64,000 nt of DNA from Kiritimatiellia bacterium (GTDB lineage Bacteria; Verrucomicrobiota; Kiritimatiellia; RFP12; UBA1067), in NCBI GenBank assembly GCA_050949565.1, contig JBMNFY010000017.1:64001-128000 (forward strand), read 5' to 3'. Below the pieces are notes generated by a model. The model made no database searches, was not told where the DNA came from, and saw nothing but the letters and a program-made list of their open reading frames with translations. A program made the position numbers and the translations under genes. This document shows, one piece after another, positions 9,214 through 20,548 of the stretch. Positions within the stretch are counted from its first letter, which is position 1, and each line of letters starts with the position of its first letter.

Positions 9214-11883
9214 TCACGTCTTGGACGGCATAGGCGTCAGCCACGCCGCTCTTGGCGAGCGCAAGGGTGCCGCCGCGCACATGCACAGAGCAGGCCGTAC
9301 GTTCTGCTCGCTGCCGCCGAGCGTCAGCGTGCCGTCCCCCCATTTCGACACGTTAGCCAGCCCCGTGATCACGCTGTTGACCGTCATTGTCTCACCGACA
9401 CCGCTCACCTCGAATCCGCCTCCCTGCGCGGTGACCGGCGTGGTAGCCAGCAGCAGGTCGCCGCCGACGGGATTCGCGAGGCGTCCACCATTCAGGTGTA
9501 CCGTCGCACCGCCCAGAGCAGTCTCGTCGGCCGGCAGCACACGACCGGAGACGATCCTCAACGTGCCGGACAGCGATGAGCCAGAACCCTGTAACACCAG
9601 GTCACCCGTGCCGTCTTTAATAGCCGAACCGGTTCCGGTCAATGTTCCCGTGTAGGTGATCGTTCCGTCACCGGTAAAACGGGCAGTACCTCCATTCAAC
9701 ACGACATCGTTGTCGTAGGTTTGCGACGCCGTGCTGTTCGTGAGGCGGTTATCAACGAAGCGCATCGTGTCAAACCACACGGCGGTTCCCGCGTTCGCGG
9801 TGACCGAGCCGTCGCCGCCGACCGAATCGTCATGCACGACGCGCACCGAGTAATCGGTCAGGTTCAGCGCTGAGGGGCCCAGCAATGCGGCACCGTCCAG
9901 CGCGAGGTCCGCGCCTGCCGCGATTGTATACGGCGTTTCCGGCATGCGGCGCAGCCAAACACGGTTGGTGAGTATCAAGCCGCCCGCATTCACGATCTTC
10001 GCGTCCAGCACCGAAGGCCACGCACCCGTTGAGCCGAAGCAGAGCGGCAACCCGCCATTATTGATGGTCAAGACCGGTTCTGGCGGACCTGCCGTCAATG
10101 CAGTAACGCCACACGCCATAACCAGGTTGCCGGCCTCGGCAGACACTGACAGCGTACCGTCCTGCGCCAATGCCAGCATACCTGACAGAAAGTTGTCGGC
10201 ACTTTCTGTGATCAGGTTCGATCCGCCGTCGTCCGTAAACATCCGCGCACGCGCCAGTTCCGTCGCGTTGGTGAAACCGCCGTTCTCGGCATCGTACAAG
10301 ATGCCGTTACGGAAGTTCCCTTGCGGACCTACGGCACCGGTGCCCTGCGCATAGCGAAACTCGACGGAATGCCAGCCTGCGGCGAGCGCGACGTTGTTGG
10401 TGACCACCCGCGCAGCCGATGTATTGTTCAGGATCAGCGGCACCCCGTCGATCGCCAGATAGCCGCCGTCATCAAAACATTTGCCAAAACTGTAGACCCC
10501 GTCTTCGGCCAGATACCACCGGCCGCGATACACATACTGCGTGTTGTTCGGGAAAACACTGGTATCGGCGGTACTGCCTTTCTCGGGCATCGGCCGCCAA
10601 CCGGTGTAGGTCAAAGGGGCACTGAGATCGATCTGCGCACCCGCACCCCGGTATTCATCGAGTCCGGAAGGTCTGGCCAGTTGCATGTTCCCGCCATCGA
10701 ACACGACCGTACCGCCGGCCATCACGTTCGGCCCGCCGATCAGCAGGGTGCCGTCCTTCAACCAGAGCGTGCCGTCCTCAATGCGCGCACCGATCGCGCT
10801 GAACGTGCCGCTGCCCTGCTTCTCAATCGTCGCGCCGCCCTTGAGTACGCCGCGCCAATCGCAATCCTCATTCAAGCCGCCCACGATCAGCGTGCCTTGC
10901 CCCGCGACGGATGAGGTGATGACCGCCTTGGGTCCGGATGAAAGCGTATTGACCGTCTCGCTTTTGCCGTTCAAGTCCAACGTCGCAGTCGGCAGCTTGT
11001 CATTGTAACCAGCCCACGGATTGATCGACAGACCGCCCTTGCCCACGCCGTGCGGCAGCACTTCGTCCTGCCCCAGCCGCAACAGACTGCCTAAGCCCAG
11101 GCTGGCCCCGAGACCGTTCGTGCCGACTACAGTCCCTCCGCTGTAGTCGTTGCCCGAGTTATTGAGAATCACCGAGGAAAACTCGTAGTTGATCCCCAGC
11201 GTGCCGCTCCCGGTAATCGGACTGTCCACCTGCGTCGCACCGCCCACGTAACCGGCGCCGAGAAAACCACCGCGCGGCGATAGTGTGATGCCCCGGTTCG
11301 CGTGAATGGCCAACGTGTAGTCGTTATCATCGTTTTGTAGTCCACCATTGTCCAAGATAATGGCGTCGGACTTATAGGCGCCCGGCACCGGACCGAAGCC
11401 GCTGTCACGCGCCACGCGCGCGTTGCCGTTTGAGACGATCGTGCGGCCGGTAAACAGATTGTCGTCACCCAGAAACGTTCGTCCGGGGCCGGTGATCGTG
11501 ACATCCGCACTGCCCGTCAGCGTGGTGCCGCGCAGGTTGAGCCCGTGCGCCGGCGTATTCAGCAGCGCCGGCGAGATCAGCTCAAAGGTGCCGCCGCGCA
11601 ACCTCCATTCCGCGGCGATACTGTCGGGCGTCGAATCGGGGTTGCCGCGGATTTCGGAAAGGACCACCGTGCCCATGTCGTTTGTAATCTCGTAATAGCC
11701 GGACGCTCCTTGAAAAGTCGCCACGCCGCCGCCACCCGCGATGACGCCGTCAACCCATTTGCTGCCGTCGCTCCACGCCCCCGTTGACGGACTCTTCCAC
11801 ACGCCATCCGCCGCACCGCAGCGCATCGCGGCAACAGCCGTCAACCCGATCACCGCACACACCCCTACCCAGTTCTTGCTCAT
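9214..11883 (-). CDS. N-terminal part of a large secreted autotransporter-associated beta-strand repeat protein with a PA14-like domain
   Basis: Signal peptide MSKNWVGVCAVIGLTAVAA; KQGSGTF/KDGTGDLVL/KWGDGTLTL repeats; PA14-like YSFGKCFDDGGYLAIDG...LAAGWHSVEFRY; frame lost near 9290. Confidence 0.8.
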   Translation of the reverse strand: MSKNWVGVCAVIGLTAVAAMRCGAADGVWKSPSTGAWSDGSKWVDGVIAGGGGVATFQGASGYYEITNDMGTVVLSEIRGNPDSTPDSIAAEWRLRGGTFELISPALLNTPAHGLNLRGTTLTGSADVTITGPGRTFLGDDNLFTGRTIVSNGNARVARDSGFGPVPGAYKSDAIILDNGGLQNDDNDYTLAIHANRGITLSPRGGFLGAGYVGGATQVDSPITGSGTLGINYEFSSVILNNSGNDYSGGTVVGTNGLGASLGLGSLLRLGQDEVLPHGVGKGGLSINPWAGYNDKLPTATLDLNGKSETVNTLSSGPKAVITSSVAGQGTLIVGGLNEDCDWRGVLKGGATIEKQGSGTFSAIGARIEDGTLWLKDGTLLIGGPNVMAGGTVVFDGGNMQLARPSGLDEYRGAGAQIDLSAPLTYTGWRPMPEKGSTADTSVFPNNTQYVYRGRWYLAEDGVYSFGKCFDDGGYLAIDGVPLILNNTSAARVVTNNVALAAGWHSVEFRYAQGTGAVGPQGNFRNGILYDAENGGFTNATELARARMFTDDGGSNLITESADNFLSGMLALAQDGTLSVSAEAGNLVMACGVTALTAGPPEPVLTINNGGLPLCFGSTGAWPSVLDAKIVNAGGLILTNRVWLRRMPETPYTIAAGADLALDGAALLGPSALNLTDYSVRVVHDDSVGGDGSVTANAGTAVWFDTMRFVDNRLTNSTASQTYDNDVVLNGGTARFTGDGTITYTGTLTGTGSAIKDGTGDLVLQGSGSSLSGTLRIVSGRVLPADETALGGATVHLNGGRLANPVGGDLLLATTPVTAQGGGFEVSGVGETMTVNSVITGLANVSKWGDGTLTLGGSEQNVRPALCMCAAAPLRSPRAAWLTPMPSKT

Positions 11884-12008
11884 GGCAGTAACCCTCGCGC
11901 TTAGTTTCGCAAACTGTCTTGGCGAACCTGCTGACACGTAAAACACACTGTGTGGTACAGTAAAAGAAAAGCGGCGCATTGGCAATGGTATTTTAGGAAA
12001 GGGATGAC

Positions 12009-14408
12009 ATGCAGGCTTTTGAAAAACTGGGAGTGTTTTATCTAGGTAAGCAGGTTGAGGCCGCATCGGGCGAAGCGAGCGACAATCTGCTCCTCTATGA
12101 TGCCAAAGACCTGACCACGCATGCGATGATGGTCGGCATGACCGGCAGCGGCAAGACCGGACTCGCGCTGGCCCTGCTGGAAGAGGCGGCGATCGACGGC
12201 ATCCCCGCCATCTTGATCGACCCGAAAGGCGACCTCAGTAATCTCATGCTGCAGTTTCCCGAACTGCGCCCCGAAGATTTCCGGCCGTGGGTGGATGAGG
12301 CCGAGGCGGCACGCAAAGGAATGTCGCCAGAGGCGTTCGCCGCCAAAACCGCTGAAACCTGGCGTAACGGCCTCGCACAGTGGGGCCAGGACGGCGAGCG
12401 CATCCGTCGCTTGCAGGCCTCGGCAGACTTCGCCATCTACACGCCGGGCAGCACAGCCGGACGCCCCCTGCAACTGCTGCGTTCGTTCGACGCCCCGCCA
12501 GCGGCCCTGCTGAATGACACCACCGCGCTGCGCGACCGCGTGATGTCGGCCGTCTCCGGACTGCTCGGCCTGCTCGGTATCGACGCCGACCCGGTTCAGA
12601 GCCGCGAGCACATCCTGCTCTCCAACATTCTCGACCGCGCCTGGCAGGACGGGCGGGACGTGGACTTGACGGCGCTGATTCAGGATATCCAGACACCGCC
12701 CTTCGACCATGTGGGCGTGTTTGCGCTGGAGTCCTTCTATCCCTCGAAGGACCGCTTCGCCCTCGCCATGCGCGTCAACAATCTGCTGGCCTCGCCGGGA
12801 TTCGCCGCCTGGATGACGGGCGAACCGCTCGATATCCAGCGACTGCTCCACACGCCGGACGGCAGGCCCCGCGTTTCGATCCTCTACCTCGCCCATCTCT
12901 CGGATGCCGAGCGGATGTTTTTCGTAACGTGCCTGCTCACCGAGGTGCTCGCATGGATGCGCACCCAGCCCGGCACCGGCAGCCTGCGGGCGCTGCTCTA
13001 CATGGATGAAATCTTCGGCTACTTCCCGCCGACCGCCAATCCGCCCTCCAAACTGCCGATGCTGACCCTGCTCAAACAGGCGCGTGCCTTCGGATTGGGC
13101 GTGGTGCTTTCCACACAGAATCCGGTCGATCTGGACTACAAGGGCTTGGCAAACTGCGGCACGTGGTTCATCGGACGGCTTCAGACCGAACGCGACAAAC
13201 AGCGCGTGATGGAAGGGCTCGAAGGCGCAGCCGCCAGCGCCGGCGACGGCTTTGACCGCAGTGCGATGGAACGCCTGCTGGCCAGCCTCGGCAACCGTGT
13301 CTTCCTGATGCACAACGTCCATGACGATGCCCCGGTGCTCTTTCAAACGCGTTGGGTCATGAGCTATCTGCGCGGACCGTTGACGTTGCCGCAGTTGGCC
13401 GACCTTCCCGGCAACACGTCTGCGCAAACCGCCCCACAGAAGCCTACCGCAACACAGCCCGCGCCACAATCGGACGCAACTCCTCAACCTGCCGCCGTTG
13501 CCCCGGTCGTGCCGCCCGACATTCCCGTTTTCCACTTACGCCCGCCGCAGACAGGGGATGGCGGCACGTATACGCCGACATTGGTGGCCACCTACAAGCT
13601 GCACTTTGTCGATGCCAAAGCCGCCGTCGATAAATGGATCAGCCGCACTTGGCTTGTGCCGTTCGCGGCGACGACCGGCGAACCGCTGTGGGACGAACCC
13701 GTGCTGTACGAAACGGCGGACCGCGACTTGGTTCGCGACACCCCCGCGCAGGCCCGTTATGCGGCACTGCCCGCGAGCGTGACGCGCCCCAAAGTCCTTG
13801 CAACCTGGACCCAATCGTTGGCAGCGGCGCTGTACCAGAACGCCACCCTCGACCTCCACGCCTATCCAGAACTCAAGATGGTGTCGCGCCCCGACGAGCC
13901 GCTCGGCGAATTCCGCGTCCGTGTCTGCCAGATACTCCGCGAACGTCATGACGAGCAGGTCGCCAAATTGAAGGCGAAATACGCACCCGCGCTGCGGACA
14001 CTCAACGATCAGATCCGCCGCGCCGAAGCCAAGGTCGAGCGCGAACGCGCGCAGTCCAGCCAGCGGAAAATGGACACGATGCTTTCGGTTGGCGCCACGC
14101 TCCTCAGCGCCTTTCTCGGGCGCGGGCGCTCGCAGATTGGCACGGTGGGCCGTGCGACAACCGCCATGAAGAGTGCCGGCCGCATCGGCAAAGAGCGCGC
14201 GGATGTCGCACATGCCGAAGAGAGTCTGGAAGTCTTGCAGCAGCGCATGCGTGATTTGGAACAGCAGTTCGAGACGGCAACCGCAGAGTTGAGCGCCGTG
14301 CCACATCCTGAGACGTTGCAGGTCGCGACACAGGCCATCCGTCCACGCAAATCCGATATCCTGATCGAGATACTGGGGTTATGCTGGGTACCGGACGGCA
14401 CGCTCTGA
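12009..14408 (+). CDS. HerA/FtsK-superfamily P-loop ATPase (DUF87/DUF853-like) with C-terminal coiled coil
   Basis: Walker A GMTGSGKT, IDPKGD, Walker B LYMDE, KQARAFG...STQNP. Confidence 0.85.
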   Translation: MQAFEKLGVFYLGKQVEAASGEASDNLLLYDAKDLTTHAMMVGMTGSGKTGLALALLEEAAIDGIPAILIDPKGDLSNLMLQFPELRPEDFRPWVDEAEAARKGMSPEAFAAKTAETWRNGLAQWGQDGERIRRLQASADFAIYTPGSTAGRPLQLLRSFDAPPAALLNDTTALRDRVMSAVSGLLGLLGIDADPVQSREHILLSNILDRAWQDGRDVDLTALIQDIQTPPFDHVGVFALESFYPSKDRFALAMRVNNLLASPGFAAWMTGEPLDIQRLLHTPDGRPRVSILYLAHLSDAERMFFVTCLLTEVLAWMRTQPGTGSLRALLYMDEIFGYFPPTANPPSKLPMLTLLKQARAFGLGVVLSTQNPVDLDYKGLANCGTWFIGRLQTERDKQRVMEGLEGAAASAGDGFDRSAMERLLASLGNRVFLMHNVHDDAPVLFQTRWVMSYLRGPLTLPQLADLPGNTSAQTAPQKPTATQPAPQSDATPQPAAVAPVVPPDIPVFHLRPPQTGDGGTYTPTLVATYKLHFVDAKAAVDKWISRTWLVPFAATTGEPLWDEPVLYETADRDLVRDTPAQARYAALPASVTRPKVLATWTQSLAAALYQNATLDLHAYPELKMVSRPDEPLGEFRVRVCQILRERHDEQVAKLKAKYAPALRTLNDQIRRAEAKVERERAQSSQRKMDTMLSVGATLLSAFLGRGRSQIGTVGRATTAMKSAGRIGKERADVAHAEESLEVLQQRMRDLEQQFETATAELSAVPHPETLQVATQAIRPRKSDILIEILGLCWVPDGTL

Positions 14409-14425
14409 CCATTTCTGCAAAGGCA

Positions 14426-16684
14426 ATGACAACGTACATGCATCAAACAGCCAAGCAGAACCCTCCGGTCGTACCCCTGAGACCTCCTGCCGCTCCAAAG
14501 TTTGCTCCCCGTTTCTTGCCGGCCCTTGTGTTCGCCGCAATCGGGTTGATGTTGATTGCCGGCTCATGGCAGTTCTGTCATCTGACGACCCAGGTGATCC
14601 GGCATGAGAAAGACATGCTTCTGTCGCACACGGCCTCTGTCGCCCGTTCGTTATCGCACACGGATTTCGACACGCTGTCTTTCACCGGGGATGATGCGCA
14701 ACGGCCGGCCTATCGCCTGCTCTGCCGAAAGCTTTCAGCCGCGTCGTGCCACCTCGGTCTGCGAGGTCTTTTCACACTCGCAGAGCGGGACGGCAACTAT
14801 CTCATCGGACCGGAGAGTTATCCGACCAATCACCCGAGAGCCACCCCGCCCGGCACCATCTACCGCCTCCCGCCAGCCGAAGTTTCGCTCGCGTTTTCCA
14901 GAACGGCTGCCCTGTGTCTCCCCGCTCAGTGGCACCGACGAATCCGGCTGCATTTCAATCACCGCGTTTGTCCCTGTGCTGGACCCCGGCTCCGGGAGAG
15001 TCTGCCTTTCTCTTGGCGGCGGACATGGACCTGCCGGTCTTGCGTCGGCGGTTGATGACAAGTCAGCGGAACGTCTGCCGCGCTCACGCTCATCCATCAT
15101 CACCCTGCTCGGCATGCTCGGGTTGCTGATCAGCAGACGCATGCCGCTTCCACGCGCCGATGCGGCAACACCGCCAGCACGTCGAAACATTCCTGTGCGC
15201 ATTGATTCTTCTTGTTGGCCACCGGCTGCTGTCACGTTGCACCTGTATGTCGCCGATGACCCAGCTACGCGCCAAAACACTGCTGGCGGCCGCCCAGCAG
15301 CAAACGGCGCTGGTCGCATCGGAGTTTGATGCGATCAGCAAAAGCCTCGACAGTATCGCGTATGTTTTCGAGAGAGAGCGAAACGATCACGCAAAGTGAG
15401 TTCGCCCAAGTCACGGCACACATTGTCCGTGACTATTCGATCCAGACCGTTACCTGGTCGCCCGCCACAAGACGGGATGAGGTCGACGCCTTCGAAACGT
15501 CGGTCCGTGCATCTGGCATGCAGGCTTACCGAGTCTGGCGCAACGCAGAAACAAATCGGCCGAGACGTGGTGGAAAGCCCGTCGGACATTCTTTATCCCG
15601 TCCGCTTCGTCAGCCCTTTGGAGGGGCATGAGAACGTGCTTGGCTTCGAACAGACGTCCGCGCCGCGCCGTCGGCGAGCCATCCAGCGTGCCTTCGTCAC
15701 CGCATCGCCAGGCCGCCACGCGACCCGAACCGATCATCACGCTTTCAGGCCAGCCGGCTGGGATTTTGATTTATCGCCCCGTCATCTCGAACACACAGAC
15801 TGGTGTCGTGGCTTTGACCTACTGCGCCGAAAACGCCCTGTTGGTTCCCTTGTCTCGGACGGCCGCATTCCCCGACATGCGGGGACTTGTCGTCCAACTC
15901 TTCCATCTGAACCCAGGCACGAGGCGCGAGTTCCTGTTTGCGGTAGGCACCACCACGCCACTTGCCATGCCGTTTGCTGCACAGCAGTGGTCTCGACATC
16001 CGCGCTCAAGCCTGCCGACGGTCAACGCGTCGCTGTTCGCATTTGGAAACTCGTACGGCGTCGTTGTTCAGGCCTCTCCGGCTTGGGTGGCTGCCCGTCC
16101 GCTGCGTCAGCGCGATCACCTCTGCCATTACCGGCGTACTTTTGACCATTCTCATCACGGCCTTTCTCGCCGTGACTGGCCAGCCGCCGTCGCGTGCTCG
16201 AACGCGAGGTCCGCGCACGGACCGAAGAACTGGAACTCGCGCACCAAGAGATCGCAGGCATGCTCAAAACTGCGCCCATCGCCATGATACTCGTGGATCG
16301 CAATATCCGTGTGCTGAATGCCAATCCGTGTGCTGAACGCCTGATGCAAAATGACGTTTTCATGTGCATCGATAAGCCATGCGGTGTTTTTCTGACCTGT
16401 GCACAAACCGCAATCTGGATGTCAAGGGGTGCGGCTTCAGCATCCCGTGCCAAACCTGTGTCCTGCGCAGCGCGGTTCAGAAGTGTCGCCGCCGGAGGTC
16501 CGCCGGTCACAGACCGCGACCTGACCCTGACCACTGAACGCGAAGGCCGGAGCAGAGACCGTTCATGTGAAGTTCGGCGCCGCCCCCGTCAGGCTGAACG
16601 GCCAGCGCCATGTGGTCATCGCCATCTACGACGTGACCGCCTGGTACCGGACGGAGACAGCTCTACTGGACGCTGTTCAACGAA
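14426..16684 (+). pseudogene. Multiply frameshifted N-terminal sensor region (TM, CHASE-like, PAS) of a hybrid histidine kinase
   Basis: Plausible peptides jump between frames: TM LVFAAIGLMLIAGSW; CHASE-like DILYPVRFVSPLEGHENVLGFE; LEREVRARTEELE...PIAMILVD. Confidence 0.65.
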
Positions 16685-18565
16685 ATGGACGACGGCTTCT
16701 TGCTGGTTGAACGGTCGGGTCAGGTGGATGCGCCCGAGTTTTCTATCCGCGCGGCAAATCCTGCCTTGCAGAAACTGACCGGGCGTGATGTTGCTTCCCT
16801 AATCGGTTCAACGCTCGACCGCTCGTTCGCGGTTCCCACTGCGTTGCACGAAAATATCCGGCAGGTTCTTGAAGACGGTGGAGCGATCCATGACCAGTTC
16901 TTTTTTGAAGGCATCGCGAAACACGTCTCCTGCACGGCCTTTTGTCCCGCAGACGGTCAGGCCGCAATCATTCTTACGGACATCACCGACCAGAAACGGG
17001 CTGAACACGCATTGCTCTACGAGCGCAATCTGCTCTACGCGCTGATGGATAATCAGCCCGACCGTATCTTTTTCAAAGATGCGGAGCTGCGTTTCGTCAA
17101 AGTCAGCAAAGAGCAGGCACGTGCGTTAGGACTGGACTCGCCAGCCCAGGCGATCGGCAAAACACTGGGCGAACTCCGGCCTGGTGACGCCTCGCGACGT
17201 GCCATGGAACGCGAACGCTCTGTTCTGAAATCTGCCAAGCCCCTGATGGCGCAGGTCGAAAAGAGTGTGAACGCATCGGGCCGGACATGTTGGGACTCAA
17301 TCTCTATAGCCCCGATCCACGACGCTTCCGGCGAATGCGTCGGTCTTGTCGGTATCGCCCGCGACATCACGCCAGAGATCGAGCTGCAGCAACACTTGCA
17401 ACACATGACCAAGATGGATGCGATCGGCCGGCTCGCGGGTGGCGTGGCGCACGACTTCAACAATTTGCTGCAAGCAATCCTCGGTTATACCGAACTGCTG
17501 CTCGCAGGCATGACCGAAAAATCACCGCAGTACGGCGACCTTAAAGAGATTGAGCGCGCCGCGAAACGCGCAGCCGACCTGACGCGTCAATTGTTGACAT
17601 TCAGTCGCAAACAGCACATCGAGCCGCAGATTATCGACATGAACCAAGCTATTCTTTCCGTGGAAAAAATGTTGAAACGCCTGATGGGCGACCAGATCCT
17701 CATCCAACTCGATTTGCAGCAGGCTCTGGAAAGCGTGATGATCGATCCAAGCCAAATGGAGCAGATCCTGCTGAACCTCGCGATCAACGCAAAAGACGCC
17801 ATGGCTAATGGTGGTACGCTCTCCTTCCGCACCGAAATGGTGATGCTCGACGAGGAGGCCGCATCCTCGCAGCTTGAGGCACATCCCGGCACGTTCGTGA
17901 AACTGACGGTGTCTGACACCGGAAGCGGCATCCCGGAAGACGCAATCCCATACGTCTTCGATCCGTTTTTCACGACCAAGGAACGCGGCAAGGGCACAGG
18001 GCTTGGCCTCTCTGTGATCTACGGCATCGTGAAGCAGTGCGGCGGATGGATATCGGTCTCATCGTCCGCAGATGACGGCACCCACTTTTCACTTTATTTT
18101 TCCGCCCACGAAGCAACAGACGTGGTTACAACCGAGGAGACGCGCCCAGTCGTTGACATGCCCGTCACGCTACCTGGCATTGGCAAGACCATCCTTCTGG
18201 TAGAGGATGAGCCCGGCGTCCGTAACCTTGCCGCTTTGGTCATGCAAAGCGCGGGATATAAAGTCCACACCTGCGTCGGTGCCAGCGAAGCCAAAGCTGT
18301 GTTCGCCAAAGAGTACGCCCGGATTGATCTTTTGTTTAGTGATATCGCGCTGATCGGCCAGAATGGCATCGATCTGGCACTGGATCTCCGCAAGCAAAAT
18401 CCTGCGCTCCCTTGTCTGCTGTGCAGCGGGTACGTAGACGAAACGATGTCTTGGGACTCCCTCCAGAAAGAAGGCTTTCATTTCCTGCCTAAACCATACC
18501 CCGTTGCCAAACTGCTGACGGCAGTGGCCGAAGCGCTGGCCGGGAAGTTTAAACTTAGGATTTAG
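16685..18565 (+). CDS. PAS-PAS-HisKA-HATPase-receiver hybrid sensor kinase (C-terminal portion)
   Basis: [54 protein letters not shown]...FSD...KP. Confidence 0.92.
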   Translation: MDDGFLLVERSGQVDAPEFSIRAANPALQKLTGRDVASLIGSTLDRSFAVPTALHENIRQVLEDGGAIHDQFFFEGIAKHVSCTAFCPADGQAAIILTDITDQKRAEHALLYERNLLYALMDNQPDRIFFKDAELRFVKVSKEQARALGLDSPAQAIGKTLGELRPGDASRRAMERERSVLKSAKPLMAQVEKSVNASGRTCWDSISIAPIHDASGECVGLVGIARDITPEIELQQHLQHMTKMDAIGRLAGGVAHDFNNLLQAILGYTELLLAGMTEKSPQYGDLKEIERAAKRAADLTRQLLTFSRKQHIEPQIIDMNQAILSVEKMLKRLMGDQILIQLDLQQALESVMIDPSQMEQILLNLAINAKDAMANGGTLSFRTEMVMLDEEAASSQLEAHPGTFVKLTVSDTGSGIPEDAIPYVFDPFFTTKERGKGTGLGLSVIYGIVKQCGGWISVSSSADDGTHFSLYFSAHEATDVVTTEETRPVVDMPVTLPGIGKTILLVEDEPGVRNLAALVMQSAGYKVHTCVGASEAKAVFAKEYARIDLLFSDIALIGQNGIDLALDLRKQNPALPCLLCSGYVDETMSWDSLQKEGFHFLPKPYPVAKLLTAVAEALAGKFKLRI

Positions 18566-18592
18566 GAGTTGAGACGCGGATAAAAAAGCAGG

Positions 18593-18662
18593 GCAACGCT
18601 TTTACTCTCAAGATTGCGAACCACTGCGTGGTCGCAACAAGAGATGTTGACTGGCGACCCGC
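18593..18662 (+). repeat. 70-bp hairpin repeat, second copy inverted at 60561-60630
   Basis: 64/70 identical by eye; core TTGCGA-R-CCAC-TGC-GTGG-TCGCAA. Confidence 0.85.
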
Positions 18663-18704
18663 AACCCGCAACCATGCAAAAAACTCCTAAATCCTAAATC
18701 CCAA

Positions 18705-20354
18705 GAGGCTCTTGCAAAACCCCCTCGTGACATGGGCGTCCCGCCCATGAAACACGGGCAGGATGCCCGTGCCACGCCTGCACGCAAGGGATTTTGCAGG
18801 ATTTTCTGACGAAGAGGCGCAGCGGTTGCTGAAAAACGGACGCGACAGGGCGTTTTTCCCGTTTTTCGGATGTTTCCGGGCAGACCCCGGCGCCTCCGCC
18901 CGGTCGCGGGCGGGTTTTCAGGGAGGGCAGTCTGCCGCGGGGCCGGTCAGGGAAGCATTCTGAGCATCTGCTCGGCGGCGATGACCAGCAGCCCGAAGGC
19001 CAGATGCGCCGCCACCTTCGCCGGGCCGCGCACCCGGACGTTCCGTCCGCCGTGCTCTTCGTGCAGATGGCTGTTGACGCGCTCGACGGCCGTGCGTTCG
19101 TGGTAGCGCCGGGCTTCCGCCGGGGAGAACTCGATCTTCTCGCCCCGGCGCGGGTTGTGGTCGATGAGCGCCACGTGCCCCAGCCGCGCCGACATCTCGC
19201 GGATCTCCTTGGCGTCGTAGGCGGCGTCGGCCAGATCATAGAGGTTGACGATCCGTCCGGCGGTCATCTGCGCCAGCGGGATGGCGGCCTGGCTGTCGTG
19301 CAGGCTGGCGGAAGTGAGTATGAAGCTGACCGGGATATCGCCGTCGATCACGTCCAGATGGGCCTTGTAGCCGCGCCAGCATTCTGTCTTGCCCTTGCTG
19401 TTCTTCTTGCAGCCCCAGTCGCAGGACGCGGGCAGGTCGGCCAGGTTTTCCTTCAAGCCGCGGTTGAGCTGCAGTTGCAGCCGTGTCGGATCCGGCGGCG
19501 GCGCCGGGGGCTCGCCCTTCCTGCGCCGGCCGCGTTTGCCGCGCTCGGGGGCGGGGGCCGTCTCCGGCTTGGCCGCGGCCTTCTCGCGGGCGCGGATCGC
19601 GGTGGCGTCGCGGCTGACGTGCCCGGCGAGCTTGTCGCCATAGCGGGCCTTGACCATCGCCTCGTGGATTTCCTGCGGGCACCCGTTTTTGGCGAATTCG
19701 GCGAAGGCGCGCGAGAAGGTCGACGCCGAGGGCACTTCGCCGAGCGTCTCCCAGCCGCACAGCCGGCGCAGGGCCGGACGGTGGCGGATGGCGTCGATCA
19801 GGCCGCTCGTGGTGTCGAAGTTCCAGACGGTCTTGCCTATGAACGCCTTGCACATCGCCAGCCGGTCGCACGGCGGGCAGCCGTTGCCGCACCAGCGGTA
19901 GGCGCCCATGTGATCCTGCGGGGCGCACAGCTCGCAGACCGCGACGAACTGGCGGTGCTTCTCGTCGAGTTCCCCGATCTCGTCCTCCAGCATCGGGAAG
20001 AGCCATGACTGGATGCTGTTCCACAACTGGCCCAGAGGGGGTTGATGTCGCGTTTCCTTCATGCGTTTTTGTCTCCTTTCCGCGTTTGTTTTTCCGTCCT
20101 TACGGATGATGGAGGCATTGTAACATATTGCGCGGCAACAAGATACAACAAAAATCGGGGGGGTAGACAAACACCCCGGAATGTGCGACAATACCCCTGT
20201 TCGTTTTGGGCGCGGTATGGTGCCGTGCAGAAGGCGACGCGGCGTGGGGCGGAGCGTCATGCCCGGCCGCGCCGGGCGGTGGGATGGTTCGCTGACAAGA
20301 CGTCCCGCCCGCAGGCCGTCAGGCGTTGCGGTGTGGGGGTTTTGCAAGAGCCTC
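18705..20354 (-). mobile_element. Insertion sequence (IS5/IS1182-like DDE element), complete
   Basis: Perfect 20-bp TIR GAGGCTCTTGCAAAACCCCC at both ends; CCAA duplicated at 18701-18704 and 20355-20358; internal transposase. Confidence 0.93.
18947..20062 (-). CDS. DDE transposase
   Basis: LRRLCGW...PSASTFSR, RDATAI, GYKAHL, TSASLHDS, ADAAYD, RTAVERVNSHL. Confidence 0.93.
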   Translation of the reverse strand: MKETRHQPPLGQLWNSIQSWLFPMLEDEIGELDEKHRQFVAVCELCAPQDHMGAYRWCGNGCPPCDRLAMCKAFIGKTVWNFDTTSGLIDAIRHRPALRRLCGWETLGEVPSASTFSRAFAEFAKNGCPQEIHEAMVKARYGDKLAGHVSRDATAIRAREKAAAKPETAPAPERGKRGRRRKGEPPAPPPDPTRLQLQLNRGLKENLADLPASCDWGCKKNSKGKTECWRGYKAHLDVIDGDIPVSFILTSASLHDSQAAIPLAQMTAGRIVNLYDLADAAYDAKEIREMSARLGHVALIDHNPRRGEKIEFSPAEARRYHERTAVERVNSHLHEEHGGRNVRVRGPAKVAAHLAFGLLVIAAEQMLRMLP

Positions 20355-20548
20355 CCAAATCCTCCTTCCGTTCGGACAAGGGCGCGATTCGCCGGAAGTG
20401 AATCGCGCCCTTGCCCGAACAGCGACAACTGTTGTATCATTTTAAACGTTTTTCCTGCGGGCTCTTGTGCTGTTCACGCACCACAGATGAGGCTGTTGCG
20501 GATCTGTTTTCAGCCAGTCAGGCCTGCGGGAAAAGGAGGATCACTACC

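Noticed and set aside
8850-9300. Programmed ribosomal frameshifting or phase variation
   Set aside because: Too many shifts and no slippery heptamers or long simple repeats at the junctions.
12009-14408. HerA-type anti-phage or conjugation system
   Set aside because: No adjacent nuclease, SIR2 or type IV secretion genes; the ATPase stands alone.
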